Below are positions 14,701 through 27,607 of a stretch of 64,000 bases of DNA, piece by piece. Made by a program: the position numbers and the translations under genes. The first letter of the stretch is position 1; the number at the start of each line of letters is the position of its first letter. The DNA comes from Nemertoderma westbladi (lineage: Eukaryota; Animalia; Xenacoelomorpha). The notes beneath the pieces were generated by a model. That model did no database searches. It saw only the letters and a list, made by a program, of their open reading frames with translations, and was not told the DNA's origin. The stretch lies in contig JAUCBJ010000844.1 in the NCBI GenBank assembly GCA_032718475.1, positions 1-64,000 of the forward strand. Reading direction: 5' to 3'.

Positions 14701-17700
14701 TTAAGTTATGAGGTGGTTCAGCTGTTTAATATTATATAACTTATGAGGTGGTTCAGCTGTTTAATATTCTATAACTTATGAGGTGGTTCAGTTATTTAAT
14801 ATAATTTAACTTATGAGGTGGTTCAGCTGTTAAATATTATTTACCTTACAAGGTTGTTCACCTGTTTAATATTATTTAAGTTATGAGGTGGTTCAGCTGT
14901 TTAATATTATTTAATTTACGAGGTGGTTCAGTTATTTAATATAATTTAACTTATGAGGTGGTTCAGCTGTTAAATATTATTTAACTTACAAGGTTGTTCA
15001 CCTGTTTAATATTATTTAACTTATGAGGTGGTTCAGCTGTTTAATATTATATAACTTATGAGGTGGTTCAGCTGTTTAATATTATTTAACTTACGAGGTG
15101 GTTCAGCTGTTTAATAATATATAACTTATGAGGTGGTTCAGCTGTTTAATATTATATAACTTATGATGAGGTTCAGCTGTTTAATATTCTATAACTTATG
15201 AGGTGGTTCAGCTGTTTAATATTATTTAAGTTATGAGGTGGTTCAGCAGTTTAATATTATATAACTTATGAGGTGGTTCAGCTGTTTAATATTATTTAAA
15301 ATATGAGGTGGTTCAGCTGTTTAATATTATATAACTTATGAGGTGGTTCAGCAGTTTAATATTATATAACTTATGAGGTGGTTCAGCTGTTTAATATTAT
15401 TTAAGATATGAGGTGGTTCAGCTGTTTAATATTATATAACTTACGAGGTGGTTCAGCTGTTTAATATTATTTAACTTACGAGGTGGTTCAGCTGTTTAAT
15501 ATTATATAACTTATGAGGTGGTTCAGCTGTTTAATATTCTATAACTTATGAGGTGGTTCAGCTGTTTAATATTATATAACTTATGAGGTGGTTCAGCTGT
15601 TTAATATTATATAACTTACGAGGTGGTTCAGCTGTTTAATATTATATAACTTATGAGGTGGTTCAGCTGTTTAATATTATTTAAGTTATGAGGTGTTTCA
15701 GCTGTTTAATATTATATAACTTATGAGGTGGTTCAGCTGTTTAATATTATATAACTTATGAGGTGGTTCAGCTGTTTAATATTCTATAACTTATGAGGTG
15801 GTTCAGCTGTTTAATATTATTTAAGTTATGAGGTGGTTCAGCTGTTTAATATTATTTAACTTATGAGGTGGTTCAGCTGTTTAATATTATTTAAGTTATA
15901 AGGTGATTCAGCTGTTTAATATTATATAACTTATGAGGTGGTTCAGCTGTTTAATATTATTTAAGTTATGAGGTGGTTCAGCTGTTTAATATTATATAAC
16001 TTATGAGGTGGTTCAGCTGTTTAATATTCTATAACTTATGAGGTGGTTCAGCTGTGTAATATTATATAACTTACGAGGTGGTTCAGCTGTTTAATATTAT
16101 ATAACTTATGAGGTGGTTCAGCTGTTTAATATTCTATAACTTATGAGGTGGTTCAGCTGTTTAATATTATTTAAGTTATGAGGTGGTTCAGCTGTTTAAT
16201 ATTATTTAACTTACGAAGTGGTTCAGCAGTTTAATATTATTTAACTTATGAGGTGATTCAGCTGTTTAATATTATTTAACTTACGAGGTGATTCAGCTGT
16301 TTAATATTATTTAACTTACAAGGTGGTTCAGCAGTTTAATATTATTTAACTTATGAGGTGGTTCAGCTGTTTAATATTATTTAACTTACGAGGTGATTCA
16401 GCTGTTTAATATTATTTAAGTTATGAGGTGGTTCAGCTGTTTAATATTATATAACTTATGAGGTGGTTCAGCTGTTTAATATTATTTAAGTTATGAGGTG
16501 GTTCAGCTGTTTAATATTATATAACTTATGAGGTGGTTCAGCTGTTTAATATTATTTAAGTTATGAGGTGTTTCAGCTGTTTAATATTATATAACTTATG
16601 AGGTGGTTCAGCTGTTTAATATTATATAACTTATGAGGTGGTTCAGCTGTTTAATATTCTATAACTTATGAGGTGGTTCAGCTGTTTAATATTATTTAAG
16701 TTATGAGGTGGTTCAGCTGTTTAATATTATTTAACTTATGAGGTGGTTCAGCTGTTTAATATTATTTAAGTTATAAGGTGATTCAGCTGTTTAATATTAT
16801 ATAACTTATGAGGTGGTTCAGCTGTTTAATATTATTTAAGTTATGAGGTGGTTCAGCTGTTTAATATTATATAACTTATGAGGTGGTTCAGCTGTTTAAT
16901 ATTCTATAACTTATGAGGTGGTTCAGCTGTGTAATATTATATAACTTACGAGGTGGTTCAGCTGTTTAATATTATATAACTTATGAGGTGGTTCAGCTGT
17001 TTAATATTCTATAACTTATGAGGTGGTTCAGCTGTTTAATATTATTTAAGTTATGAGGTGGTTCAGCTGTTTAATATTATTTAACTTACGAAGTGGTTCA
17101 GCAGTTTAATATTATTTAACTTATGAGGTGATTCAGCTGTTTAATATTATTTAACTTACGAGGTGATTCAGCTGTTTAATATTATTTAACTTACAAGGTG
17201 GTTCAGCAGTTTAATATTATTTAACTTATGAGGTGGTTCAGCTGTTTAATATTATTTAACTTACGAGGTGATTCAGCTGTTTAATATTATTTAAGTTATG
17301 AGGTGGTTCAGCTGTTTAATATTATATAACTTATGAGGTGGTTCAGCTGTTTAATATTATTTAAGTTATGAGGTGGTTCAGCTGTTTAATATTATATAAC
17401 TTATGAGGTGGTTCAGCTGTTTAATATTCTATAACTTATGAGGTGGTTCAGCTGTTTAATATTATTTAAGTTATGAGGTGGTTCAGCTGTTTAATATTAT
17501 TTAAGTTATGAGGTGGTTCAGCTGTTTAATATTATATAACTTATGAGGTGGTTCAGCTGTTTAATATTATTTAACTTACGAGGTGGTTCAGCTGTTTAAT
17601 ATTACTTAACTTACAAGGTGGTTCAGCTGTTTAATATTATTTAACTTATGAGGTGGTTCAGCTGTTTAATATTATTTAAGTTATGAGGTGGTTCAGCTGT

Positions 17701-20700
17701 TTAATATTATTTAATTTACAAGGTTGTTCAGCTGTTTAATATTATATAACTTATGAGGAGGTTCAGCTGTTTAATATTCTATAACTTATGAGGTGGTTCA
17801 GCTGTTTAATATTATTTAAGTTATGAGGTGGTTCAGCAGTTTAATATTATATAACTTATGAGGTGGTTCAGCTGTTTAATATTATTTAAGTTATGAGGTG
17901 GTTCAGCTGTTTAATATTATATAACTTATGAGGTGGTTCAGCTGTTTAATATTATTTAAGTTATGAGGTGGTTCAGCTGTTTAATATTATATAACTTATG
18001 AGGTGGTTCAGCAGTTTAATATTATATAACTTATGAGGTGGTTCAGCTGTTTAATATTATTTAAGTTATGAGGTGGTTCAGCTGTTTAATATTATATAAC
18101 TTATGAGGTGGTTCAGCTGTTTAATATTCTATAACTTATGAGGTGGTTCAGCTGTTTAATATTATTTAAGTTATGAGGTGGTTCAGCAGTTTAATATTAT
18201 ATAACTTATGAGGTGGTTCAGCTGTTTAATATTATTTAAGTTATGAGGTGGTTCAGCTGTTTAATATTATATAACTTATGAGGTGGTTCAGCTGTTTAAT
18301 ATTCTATAACTTATGAGGTGGTTCAGCTGTTTAATATTATATAACTTACGAGGTGGTTCAGCTGTTTAATATTATATAACTTATGAGGTGGTTCAGCTGT
18401 TTAATATTATTTAAGTTATGAGGTGGTTCAGCTGTTTAATATTATATAACTTATGAGGTGGTTCAGCTGTTTAATATTATATAACTTATGAGGTGGTTCA
18501 GCTGTTTAATATTCTATAACTTATGAGGTGGTTCAGCTGTTTAATATTATTTAAGTTATGAGGTGGTTCAGCTGTTTAATATTATTTAACTTATGAGGTG
18601 GTTCAGCTGTTTAATATTATTTAAGTTATAAGGTGATTCAGCTGTTTAATATTATATAACTTATGAGGTGGTTCAGCTGTTTAATATTATTTAAGTTATG
18701 AGGTGGTTCAGCTGTTTAATATTATATAACTTATGAGGTGGTTCAGCTGTTTAATATTCTATAACTTATGAGGTGGTTCAGCTGTTTAATATTATATAAC
18801 TTACGAGGTGGTTCAGCTGTTTAATATTATATAACTTATGAGGTGGTTCAGCTGTTTAATATTATTTAAGTTATGAGGTGGTTCAGCTGTTTAATATTAT
18901 ATAACTTATGAGGTGGTTCAGCTGTTTAATATTATATAACTTATGAGGTGGTTCAGCTGTTTAATATTCTATAACTTATGAGGTGGTTCAGCTGTTTAAT
19001 ATTATTTAAGTTATGAGGTGGTTCAGCTGTTTAATATTATTTAACTTACGAGGTGGTTCAGCAGTTTAATATTATTTAACTTATGAGGTGATTCAGCTGT
19101 TTAATATTATTTAACTTACGAGGTGATTCAGCTGTTTAATATTATTTAACTTACAAGGTGGTTCAGCAGTTTAATATTATTTAACTTATGAGGTGGTTCA
19201 GCTGTTTAATATTATTTAACTTACGAGGTGATTCAGCTGTTTAATATTATTTAAGTTATGAGGTGGTTCAGCTGTTTAATATTATTTAAGTTATGAGGTG
19301 GTTCAGCTGTTTAATATTATATAACTTATGAGGTGGTTCAGCTGTTTAATATTCTATAACTTATGAGGTGGTTCAGCTGTTTAATATTATTTAAGTTATG
19401 AGGTGGTTCAGCTGTTTAATATTATTTAACTTACAAGGTGGTTCAGCAGTTTAATATTATTTAACTTATGAGGTGGTTCAGCTGTTTAATATTATTTAAC
19501 TTACGAGGTGATTCAGCTGTTTAATATTATTTAAGTTATGAGGTGGTTCAGCTGTTTAATATTATTTAAGTTATGAGGTGGTTCAGCTGTTTAATATTAT
19601 TTAACTTACAAGGTTGTTCAGCTGTTTAATATTATTTAAGTTATGAGGTGGTTCAGCTGTTTAATATTATATAACTTATGAGGTGGTTCAGCTGTTTAAT
19701 ATTATTTAAGTTATGAGGTGGTTCAGCTGTTTAATATTATATAACTTATGAGGTGGTTCAGCTGTTTAATATTCTATAACTTATGAGGTGGTTCAGCTGT
19801 TTAATATTATTTAAGTTATGAGGTGGTTCAGCTGTTTAATATTATTTAAGTTATGAGGTGGTTCAGCTGTTTAATATTATATAACTTATGAGGTGGTTCA
19901 GCTGTTTAATATTATTTAAGTTATGAGGTGGTTCAGCTGTTTAATATTATATAACTTATGAGGTGGTTCAGCTGTTTAATATTCTATAACTTATGAGGTG
20001 GTTCAGCTGTTTAATATTCTATAACTTATGAGGTGGTTCAGCTGTTTAATATTATTTAAGTTATGAGGTGGTTCAGCTGTTTAATATTATATAACTTATG
20101 AGGTGGTTCAGCTGTTTAATATTCTATAACTTATGAGGTGGTTCAGCTGTTTAATATTATTTAAGTTATGAGGTGGTTCAGCTGTTTAATATTATTTAAG
20201 TTATGAGGTGGTTCAGCTGTTTAATATTATATAACTTATGAGGTGGTTCAGCTGTTTAATATTATTTAAGTTATGAGGTTGTTCAGCTGTTTAATATTAT
20301 TTAAGTTATGAGGTGGTTCAGCTGTTTAATATTATATAACTTATGAGGTGGTTCAGCTGTTTAATATTATTTAACTTACGAGGTGGTTCAGCAGTTTAAT
20401 ATTATTTAACTTATGAGGTGATTCAGCTGTTTAATATTATTTAACTTACGAGGTGATTCAGCTGTTTAATATTATTTAACTTACAAGGTGGTTCAGCAGT
20501 TTAATATTATTTAACTTATGAGGTGGTTCAGCTGTTTAATATTATTTAACTTACGAGGTGATTCAGCTGTTTAATATTATTTAAGTTATGAGGTGGTTCA
20601 GCTGTTTAATATTATTTAAGTTATGAGGTGGTTCAGCTGTTTAATATTATTTAACTTACAAGGTTGTTCAGCTGTTTAATATTATTTAAGTTATGAGGTG

Positions 20701-22828
20701 GTTCAGCTGTTTAATATTATATAACTTATGAGGTGGTTCAGCTGTTTAATATTATTTAAGTTATGAGGTGGTTCAGCTGTTTAATATTATATAACTTATG
20801 AGGTGGTTCAGCTGTTTAATATTCTATAACTTATGAGGTGGTTCAGCTGTTTAATATTATTTAAGTTATGAGGTGGTTCAGCTGTTTAATATTATTTAAG
20901 TTATGAGGTGGTTCAGCTGTTTAATATTATATAACTTATGAGGTGGTTCAGCTGTTTAATATTATTTAAGTTATGAGGTGGTTCAGCTGTTTAATATTAT
21001 ATAACTTATGAGGTGGTTCATCTGTTTAATATTCTATAACTTATGAGGTGGTTCAGCTGTTTAATATTATATAACTTATGAGGTGGTTCAGCTGTGTAAT
21101 ATTATTTAACTTACGAGGTGATTCAGCTGTTTAATATTGTATAACTTATGAGGTGGTTCAGCTGTTTAATAATATATAACTTATGAGGTGGTTCAGCTGT
21201 TTAATAATATATAACTTATGAGGTGGTTCAGCTGTTTAATATTATTTAACTTATGAGGTGGTTCAGCTGTTTAATATTATTTAACTTATGAGGTGGTTCA
21301 GCAGTTTAATATTATTTAACTTATGAGGTGGTTCAGCTGTTTAATATTATTTAACTTACGAGGTGGTTCAGCAGTTAATATTATTTAACTTATGAGGTGA
21401 TTCAGCTGTTTAATATTATTTAACTTACAAGGTGGTTCAGCAGTTTAATATTATTTAACTTATGAGGTGGTTCAGCTGTTTAATATTATTTAACTTACGA
21501 GGTGGTTCAGCTGTTTAATAATATATAACTTATGAGGTGGTTCAGCTGTTTAATATTATTTAACTTATGAGGTGGTTCAGCTGTTTGATATTATTTAACT
21601 CATGAGGTGGTTCAGCTGTTTAATATTATTTAACTTATGAGGTGGTTCAGCAGTTTAATAATATATAACTTATGAGGTGGTTCAGCTGTTTAATAATATA
21701 TAACTTATGAGGTGGTTCAGCTGTTTAATATTATTTAACTTATGAGGTGGTTCAGCAGTTTAATATTATTTAACTTATGAGGTGGTTCAGCAGTTTAATA
21801 ATATATAACTTATGAGGTGGTTCAGCTGTTTAATAATATATAACTTATGAGGTGGTTCAGCTGTTTAATATTATTTAACTTATGAGGTGGTTCAGCTGTT
21901 TAATAATATATAACTTATGAGGTGGTTCAGCTGTTTAATATTATTTAACTTATGAGGTGGTTCAGCTGTTTAATATTATTTAACTTATGAGGTGGTTCAG
22001 CAGTTTAATATTATTTAACTTATGAGGTGGTTCAGCTGTTTAATATTATTTAACTTACGAGGTGATTCAGCTGTTTAATATTGTATAACTTATGAGGTGG
22101 TTCAGCTGTTTAATAATATATAACGTATGAGGTGGTTCAGCTGTTTAATAATATATAACTTATGAGGTGGTTCAGCTGTTTAATATTATTTAACTTACGA
22201 GGTGGTTCAGCAGTTTAATATTATTTAACTTATGAGGTGATTCAGCTGTTTAATATTATTTAACTTACAAGGTGGTTCAGCAGTTTAATATTATTTAACT
22301 TATGAGGTGGTTCAGCTGTTTAATATTATTTAACTTATGAGGTGGTTCAGCTGTTTAATATTATTTAACTTATGAGGTGGTTCAGCTGTTTAATATTATT
22401 TAACTTATGAGGTGGTTCAGCTGTTTAATATTATTTAACTTACGAGGTGATTCAGCTGTTTAATATTGTATAACTTATGAGGTGGTTCAGCTATTTAATA
22501 TTATTTAACTTACGAGGTGGTTCAGCTGTTTAATATTATATAACTTATGAGGTGGTTCAGCTGTGTAATATTATTTAACTTACGAGGTGATTCAGCTGTT
22601 TAATATTGTATAACTTATGAGGTGGTTCAGCTGTTTAATAATATATAACTTATGAGGTGGTTCAGCTGTTTAATATTATTTAACTTATGAGGTGGTTCAG
22701 CTGTTTAATAATGTATAACTTATGAGGTGGTTCAGCTGTTGAATATTATTTAACTTACGAGGTGGTTCAGCTGTAACTTACAAGGTGGTTCAGCAGATTA
22801 ATATTATATAACTTACAAGGTGGTTCAG
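8774..22828 (-). repeat. 35-bp satellite, about 400 copies, derived from the exon 22817 donor junction
   Basis: Plus-strand unit ttaatattatataacttatgaggtggttcagctgt; minus strand ACAGCTGAACCACCTC(A/G)TAAGTTATATAATATTAA; higher-order periods of 4200 and 875 bp. Confidence 0.97.
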
Positions 22829-22898
22829 GTGTTGGCTCTTTTGGCGACGGGGGCGGAGGCTTTTCCTTCTTTTTTTTCTTTTTCTTCTTCTTTATTAC
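22817..22898 (-). CDS. Same gene, Lys/Pro-rich exon (VIKKKKKKKKKEKPPPPSPKEPTPEPP); probable NLS-like basic tract
   Basis: ttaactcAG|82 nt|GTAAGT; starts in phase 0, matching the phase-0 end of exon 29668-29834; ends in phase 1. Confidence 0.8.
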
Positions 22899-23261
22899 CT
22901 GAGTTAAATAAATTATTTTTTAAAGATTTTAAAGGTAAAATAATAATTAATTATTATAAATATAATCCCCCCCCCCCCCCCCCCCAAAAAAAAAACGCCA
23001 TACTGCACAGTACATTGGTTGATTGACCGGGGGGCTGCATGCCGGTTAGATCCTGCAGCTCTCTGCCTAGTCTAGTCTCTGCCAACGAATCAGCGTGTGT
23101 CGCACTGAATGCTGCTACCCCGGTTGCCGGTAGGTGGTTTTGGAGAATCAGCCTGCGGCTGCTGCCTTGTCTGGCCGGTATCGCCCACATGGAGGCGGGT
23201 GAATGGTCGATAGTGTGGGGAGCCGGTCCTACAGTATAGACCCTTTGTGTAGTACGGTACC

Positions 23262-23520
23262 TGTTTATAAAAAATTAAATCTCTTACCGCTAGACCTTCT
23301 TTACAAACACCAAATTGGTATTCTAATACCCAATTTCAACGGTTGTCACCACTGTCTACTTGACTATAATGTTTGATGTTCATAATAATATGATTCCACC
23401 TGAATCAGTTGTAGGAAATATGTTCAAAAAAGTTTCATCATGCCACACTTACAAAAAAAATAAAAAAAAGCCGGCCTTCTTGACTCACCTTAAAAAATAT
23501 CTATTGCAATCGTTATAGCT
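23262..23520 (+). pseudogene. Degenerate 3' end of a LINE ORF2
   Basis: Fragments translate as LNLLPLDLLYKHQIGIL / MFDVHNNMIPP / AFLTHLKKYLLQSL*, resembling CR1/L2 C-termini. Confidence 0.55.
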
Positions 23521-24355
23521 ATTAATATCTCAATCTGGTTCTTTTCGAACGGCAAAACCGAAACCTCCATTGAAAAATAACTTATTAATAAATCTTAACG
23601 TTACATGGCTGTTTTTGTTCGGGTCAGATTCAGACATTACCTAATTGTGTATATCGTATAGGTATGCAGTCTGAAATTTAACCAGAGGAAGAGAGAGGGT
23701 GCGTGAAGGTGTAAATAGTAGGCTTACCATGTTAGGATCACTACTACATACTGGTACCGGTACTGATATTGATATTGATTTATTAGTGACGGGACACATA
23801 ATAGATAATATTTAAGTTGGTATAGACCGTTAGCAACCATACAATTGTTATAGATACAGTACGAGATATTTTTGTTATGAATTTAAATCAGTATGGTATG
23901 AAAAATATATGAAAAGTACATCTTACGCGAGTTATATCGATGAAATTGTCACTTAATGGGATAGCCACATGAGGCGGACCTCGTTTCCATGTGGGTCCCC
24001 GCTATGTAATAATGTTTTAGGTAAAATAGTCGGGGAAGTAATAAAATTAAATTTAGGACTACAAATTAGAATACACATGAACTACTAATGAGATTGTATA
24101 ATTGTTGGGGAAGCAATAAAAATTAAATTCAAGACTACAAATAAAAATACACAAATAAAATGGTCAGTGCTTTAATCTAAAAATGGTTATAGATGGGATA
24201 ATTTAAAATTTGTTACTTAAAATTTTTCTGTCAATTTACTGTCAAAAATTCTGTCAAGTATTTAGATAAATAAAGGTAGAAAAACAAACTTAGTAAAAGA
24301 ACTGCGATGCATGTTTATGAATTAAGTGGGTTAATAGTGTGCAAGTAATTGTGAT

Positions 24356-27300
24356 TCATGCGTCGGTTAGAGTATTTAAGTAATGGCGTTTTACTTGGTG
24401 TTTAAAAGACTCTAGTGTCGTTGCCTCTGTTACACAGTTCGGTAGGGCGTTCCAGAATGCTGGGCCTCGATAGTCGAATGAGTTCTGTGCGAATTTAGTA
24501 TTGTTATGGGGGATCGATGCTTTTGTTCTCGGGGTTCGTGTTGATCGCGTGTTTTTATTGAAGTTAACCATATCTTGGATGTAACTCGGTGAGGTTCCGC
24601 ACTGGGTCTTGTACATAAGAGTTACCAGATTTTGTTGCACTCGATATTCTATTGGTAGCCAGTTTATGGTTTTGTAGTGCGATGGATAGATGTGGCTGCG
24701 GTCCTCTAAAGATAAGCAATATCGAATGCACTTCCGCTGCAGTGCCTCAAGCTTGTTGCGCCAGATTGAGCTGATTGAGTAGAACCAGGCAGCAGCAGCA
24801 TAGTCCATGAGTGGCTGTATCAGCGCGTTACATAGTAGGCGACGTAGGTTGTAGTCTAGTACCCCGGAGAATCGGTAAAGAAATTTTAATCTAGAATTCC
24901 CTTTCTTGACTATCGCGGTGATCATAGACTCTCCGTTCATTGATTGGTCTAGTTTGCAACCCAGGTATGTGACAACAGTTCGGTTCGATATGGGTTTCCC
25001 ATTACAAGTGACTGCTAGTGGTGCACTGGACGCCAAACGTTGGTTCGTTCCAAACAAGATGGTTTCTGTCTTGCCTAAGTGTAGCGTGAGTCGATTGTCT
25101 ATGAGCCAAGACTGGGTGTTTTCGAGATTTCGTGTAAGCGTTTGGGAAATTGTCTCGGCATCTTCTTCTGAAGCTACGTGAGCGAGATCGTCTGCAAACT
25201 TTGGCGTCGGACAGTCTACCGCCTGATCGGAGTCGTTTATTTGCGACAGGAATAACAATACCGGAAGGATCCCGCCCTGGGGTAAGCCATCGTCGAGTGG
25301 AAGTTCGTCGGAGGATGTACCCTGGATACTCACAACCTGGCTGCGTTTCGATAGATATGATTTAAACCAGTTGACTGATGAATTGTCCAGCCCCATGTGT
25401 TTCAGTTTCATTAGAACGATGTCATGGTTTACCGTATCAAATGCTTTCTTTAGGTCTATCAGTACCATTCCTGTCAGCTTTCCGAGATCGGCTGCGTTTT
25501 GTATGTAATTGTCTAGAAATATTAAACAGGTTTCGGTTGAGTATCCTTTTAAGAATCCTGATTGGAGCTTTGATAAAATCTTACTTGATATATAGTATGA
25601 ATAGACCTGGTTATATACCACACGTTCTAGGATTTTGGCGAGGATAGGCAGTAGGGATAGGGGGCGATGGTTTTCTCTCAATATCAGTGAGCCTTTCTTT
25701 TTGTGCACAGGTGTTACCTTAGCTAGTTTCAGGGATGATGGGAAAGTACTTGTTGCTATGGAGACGTTAACAATGTGCGTGATAGATTCCTTGTGGCCGT
25801 CTTTGTATAGTCTTGCGGGCAGTCCGTTGATTCCAGGGCTTTTATTAGTGTTCAGCTTAGACATGATATCAGATACCTCGTCGGTTGTTGTTTGTTGTAT
25901 AGTGAAACTATCTCTTTGAATTCCCATCGATTGGTAGTACCGCGCAACCGAATCTTCCCCGAACCGTCCAGATGGCGGGGGCAGCTGGTTAACTAGTTCC
26001 TTCGCAATTGACGTAAAGAATGTATTAAATGTATCAGCAATTTGTTTTGGTTCGTGTACTAGAGCTCTGCCATTGTGGATTTTTGTTATGGCCGACGACT
26101 TGGTTTTCTTTACTGGCATTCCTAGGGACATTAATGTTTTCCATAGCTTTTTGTGGTCGGTCCTGTTATTTTCGATTTGGGTCCATATGTAGGCTTTCTT
26201 AGCCTCTTTGATGGCGTTAGTGGCAACGTTCCTTTGTTTTTTGAAATCAGTTTCATTTATGACAGTGCGGTTGTGTTTCAGTTTTGAAAATGATTTGTCC
26301 CTTACTATTATCAGCTGTAGAAGTTCCGGTGTAAGCCATGGTTCCGAATGTGTCTTGATTCTTATATCCCTGTTTGGGGCTATTGAATCCAGTATTGAAG
26401 TTAGCTGAGTAGTGAGGACGTTGACGGCTGTGTCGACATCAGTAATTAGACTGATATTCGATATAGCATCGTTGCGCGCTATCACATTGGATACCGCTGC
26501 GGGGGAATATTCCTTATAGCTTCTGGCATTAATTATACGAGGAGGAACTGCATCCGGTTTGACTTTCTTTCTAGTTATATGAACTATGTAGTGGTCGCTG
26601 ATACCAACCTCAATAACACCATAGTCAGTAACCTTGTCAGCCAATGATGTAGTGTAGATGTGGTCTATGAGGGTAGCTGTTGTGTTGGTTACACGAGTGG
26701 CCTCCTTGATAATCTGTTTTGCACCAACCGAGTTGCAGTAAGAAATGACTACATTTTTGTCCCCAATCTGTCTGGGGTCATTCGATAACATATCGACGTT
26801 CACATCACCCAGAATGAAAATTTCGCGTAGTTCACCGATGCTTCCAATTCCTGTTTCTAGAGTGTTGATGAAGTGTGTAACTGAAGATGATGGTGGACGA
26901 TAAACCGAGCCGATTAGGATTCTAGGTGTTTGTGGGAGTAGGAGAAAACCAAACAGTCCTTCAATATCCAGATTATTTAGTGTATCACAGGGTTCCAGTG
27001 TTAGATTATTTTTCGTATAGATAGCTACACCTCCGTGTCCATTTTCTATTCTGTCTTTCCTTGTGACATAGTATCCGGATATTTCTATCTCATTGTCCGA
27101 CACTGAGTCATCTAACCACGTCTCAGAAACAGTAATTATGTGTAAGTTTGCCATTCTTGCTATGATCCGCAGTTCTTGTAATTTGCTTTTCAAACTTTGA
27201 ACATTTAGGTGAATTATATGGATCCCAGGGCGATTAAACTTCGTAATCCATGGGTAAAGTTCGTGACGCGGCGCGGCAGACCCAGCCGGGGTCCGGTGTG

Positions 27301-27607
27301 GTGCTACAGACCCGGCCGGGGTCCGGTGAGGCGCCACAGACCCTGCTGGGGTCCGGTGTGGCGCGACAGACCCTGCCGGGGTCCGGTGTGGTGCGGTAGA
27401 CCCTGTCGGGGTCCGTTGTGGCGCTACAGACCCTGCCAGGGTCCGGAGTGGCGCAGTAGACCCTGTCGGGGTCCGTTGTGGCGCTACAGACCCTGCCGGG
27501 GTCTGGAGTGGCACGGTAGACCCTACCAGGGTCCGGTGTGGCGCGCTAGACCCTGCCGAGGTCTGGTGTGGCGCCACAGGCCCTCCCGGGGTCCGGTGTG
27601 GCGCCAT
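24356..27607 (-). CDS. LINE ORF2: AP endonuclease plus reverse transcriptase
   Basis: HLNVQSL, SETWL, GGVAIY, GDVN, IDH, SDH (APE); QSGF, DLKKAFDTV, PQG, FADD, YLG (RT); open for 1083 aa; true start uncertain. Confidence 0.95.
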   Translation of the reverse strand: MAPHRTPGGPVAPHQTSAGSSAPHRTLVGSTVPLQTPAGSVAPQRTPTGSTAPLRTLAGSVAPQRTPTGSTAPHRTPAGSVAPHRTPAGSVAPHRTPAGSVAPHRTPAGSAAPRHELYPWITKFNRPGIHIIHLNVQSLKSKLQELRIIARMANLHIITVSETWLDDSVSDNEIEISGYYVTRKDRIENGHGGVAIYTKNNLTLEPCDTLNNLDIEGLFGFLLLPQTPRILIGSVYRPPSSSVTHFINTLETGIGSIGELREIFILGDVNVDMLSNDPRQIGDKNVVISYCNSVGAKQIIKEATRVTNTTATLIDHIYTTSLADKVTDYGVIEVGISDHYIVHITRKKVKPDAVPPRIINARSYKEYSPAAVSNVIARNDAISNISLITDVDTAVNVLTTQLTSILDSIAPNRDIRIKTHSEPWLTPELLQLIIVRDKSFSKLKHNRTVINETDFKKQRNVATNAIKEAKKAYIWTQIENNRTDHKKLWKTLMSLGMPVKKTKSSAITKIHNGRALVHEPKQIADTFNTFFTSIAKELVNQLPPPSGRFGEDSVARYYQSMGIQRDSFTIQQTTTDEVSDIMSKLNTNKSPGINGLPARLYKDGHKESITHIVNVSIATSTFPSSLKLAKVTPVHKKKGSLILRENHRPLSLLPILAKILERVVYNQVYSYYISSKILSKLQSGFLKGYSTETCLIFLDNYIQNAADLGKLTGMVLIDLKKAFDTVNHDIVLMKLKHMGLDNSSVNWFKSYLSKRSQVVSIQGTSSDELPLDDGLPQGGILPVLLFLSQINDSDQAVDCPTPKFADDLAHVASEEDAETISQTLTRNLENTQSWLIDNRLTLHLGKTETILFGTNQRLASSAPLAVTCNGKPISNRTVVTYLGCKLDQSMNGESMITAIVKKGNSRLKFLYRFSGVLDYNLRRLLCNALIQPLMDYAAAAWFYSISSIWRNKLEALQRKCIRYCLSLEDRSHIYPSHYKTINWLPIEYRVQQNLVTLMYKTQCGTSPSYIQDMVNFNKNTRSTRTPRTKASIPHNNTKFAQNSFDYRGPAFWNALPNCVTEATTLESFKHQVKRHYLNTLTDA

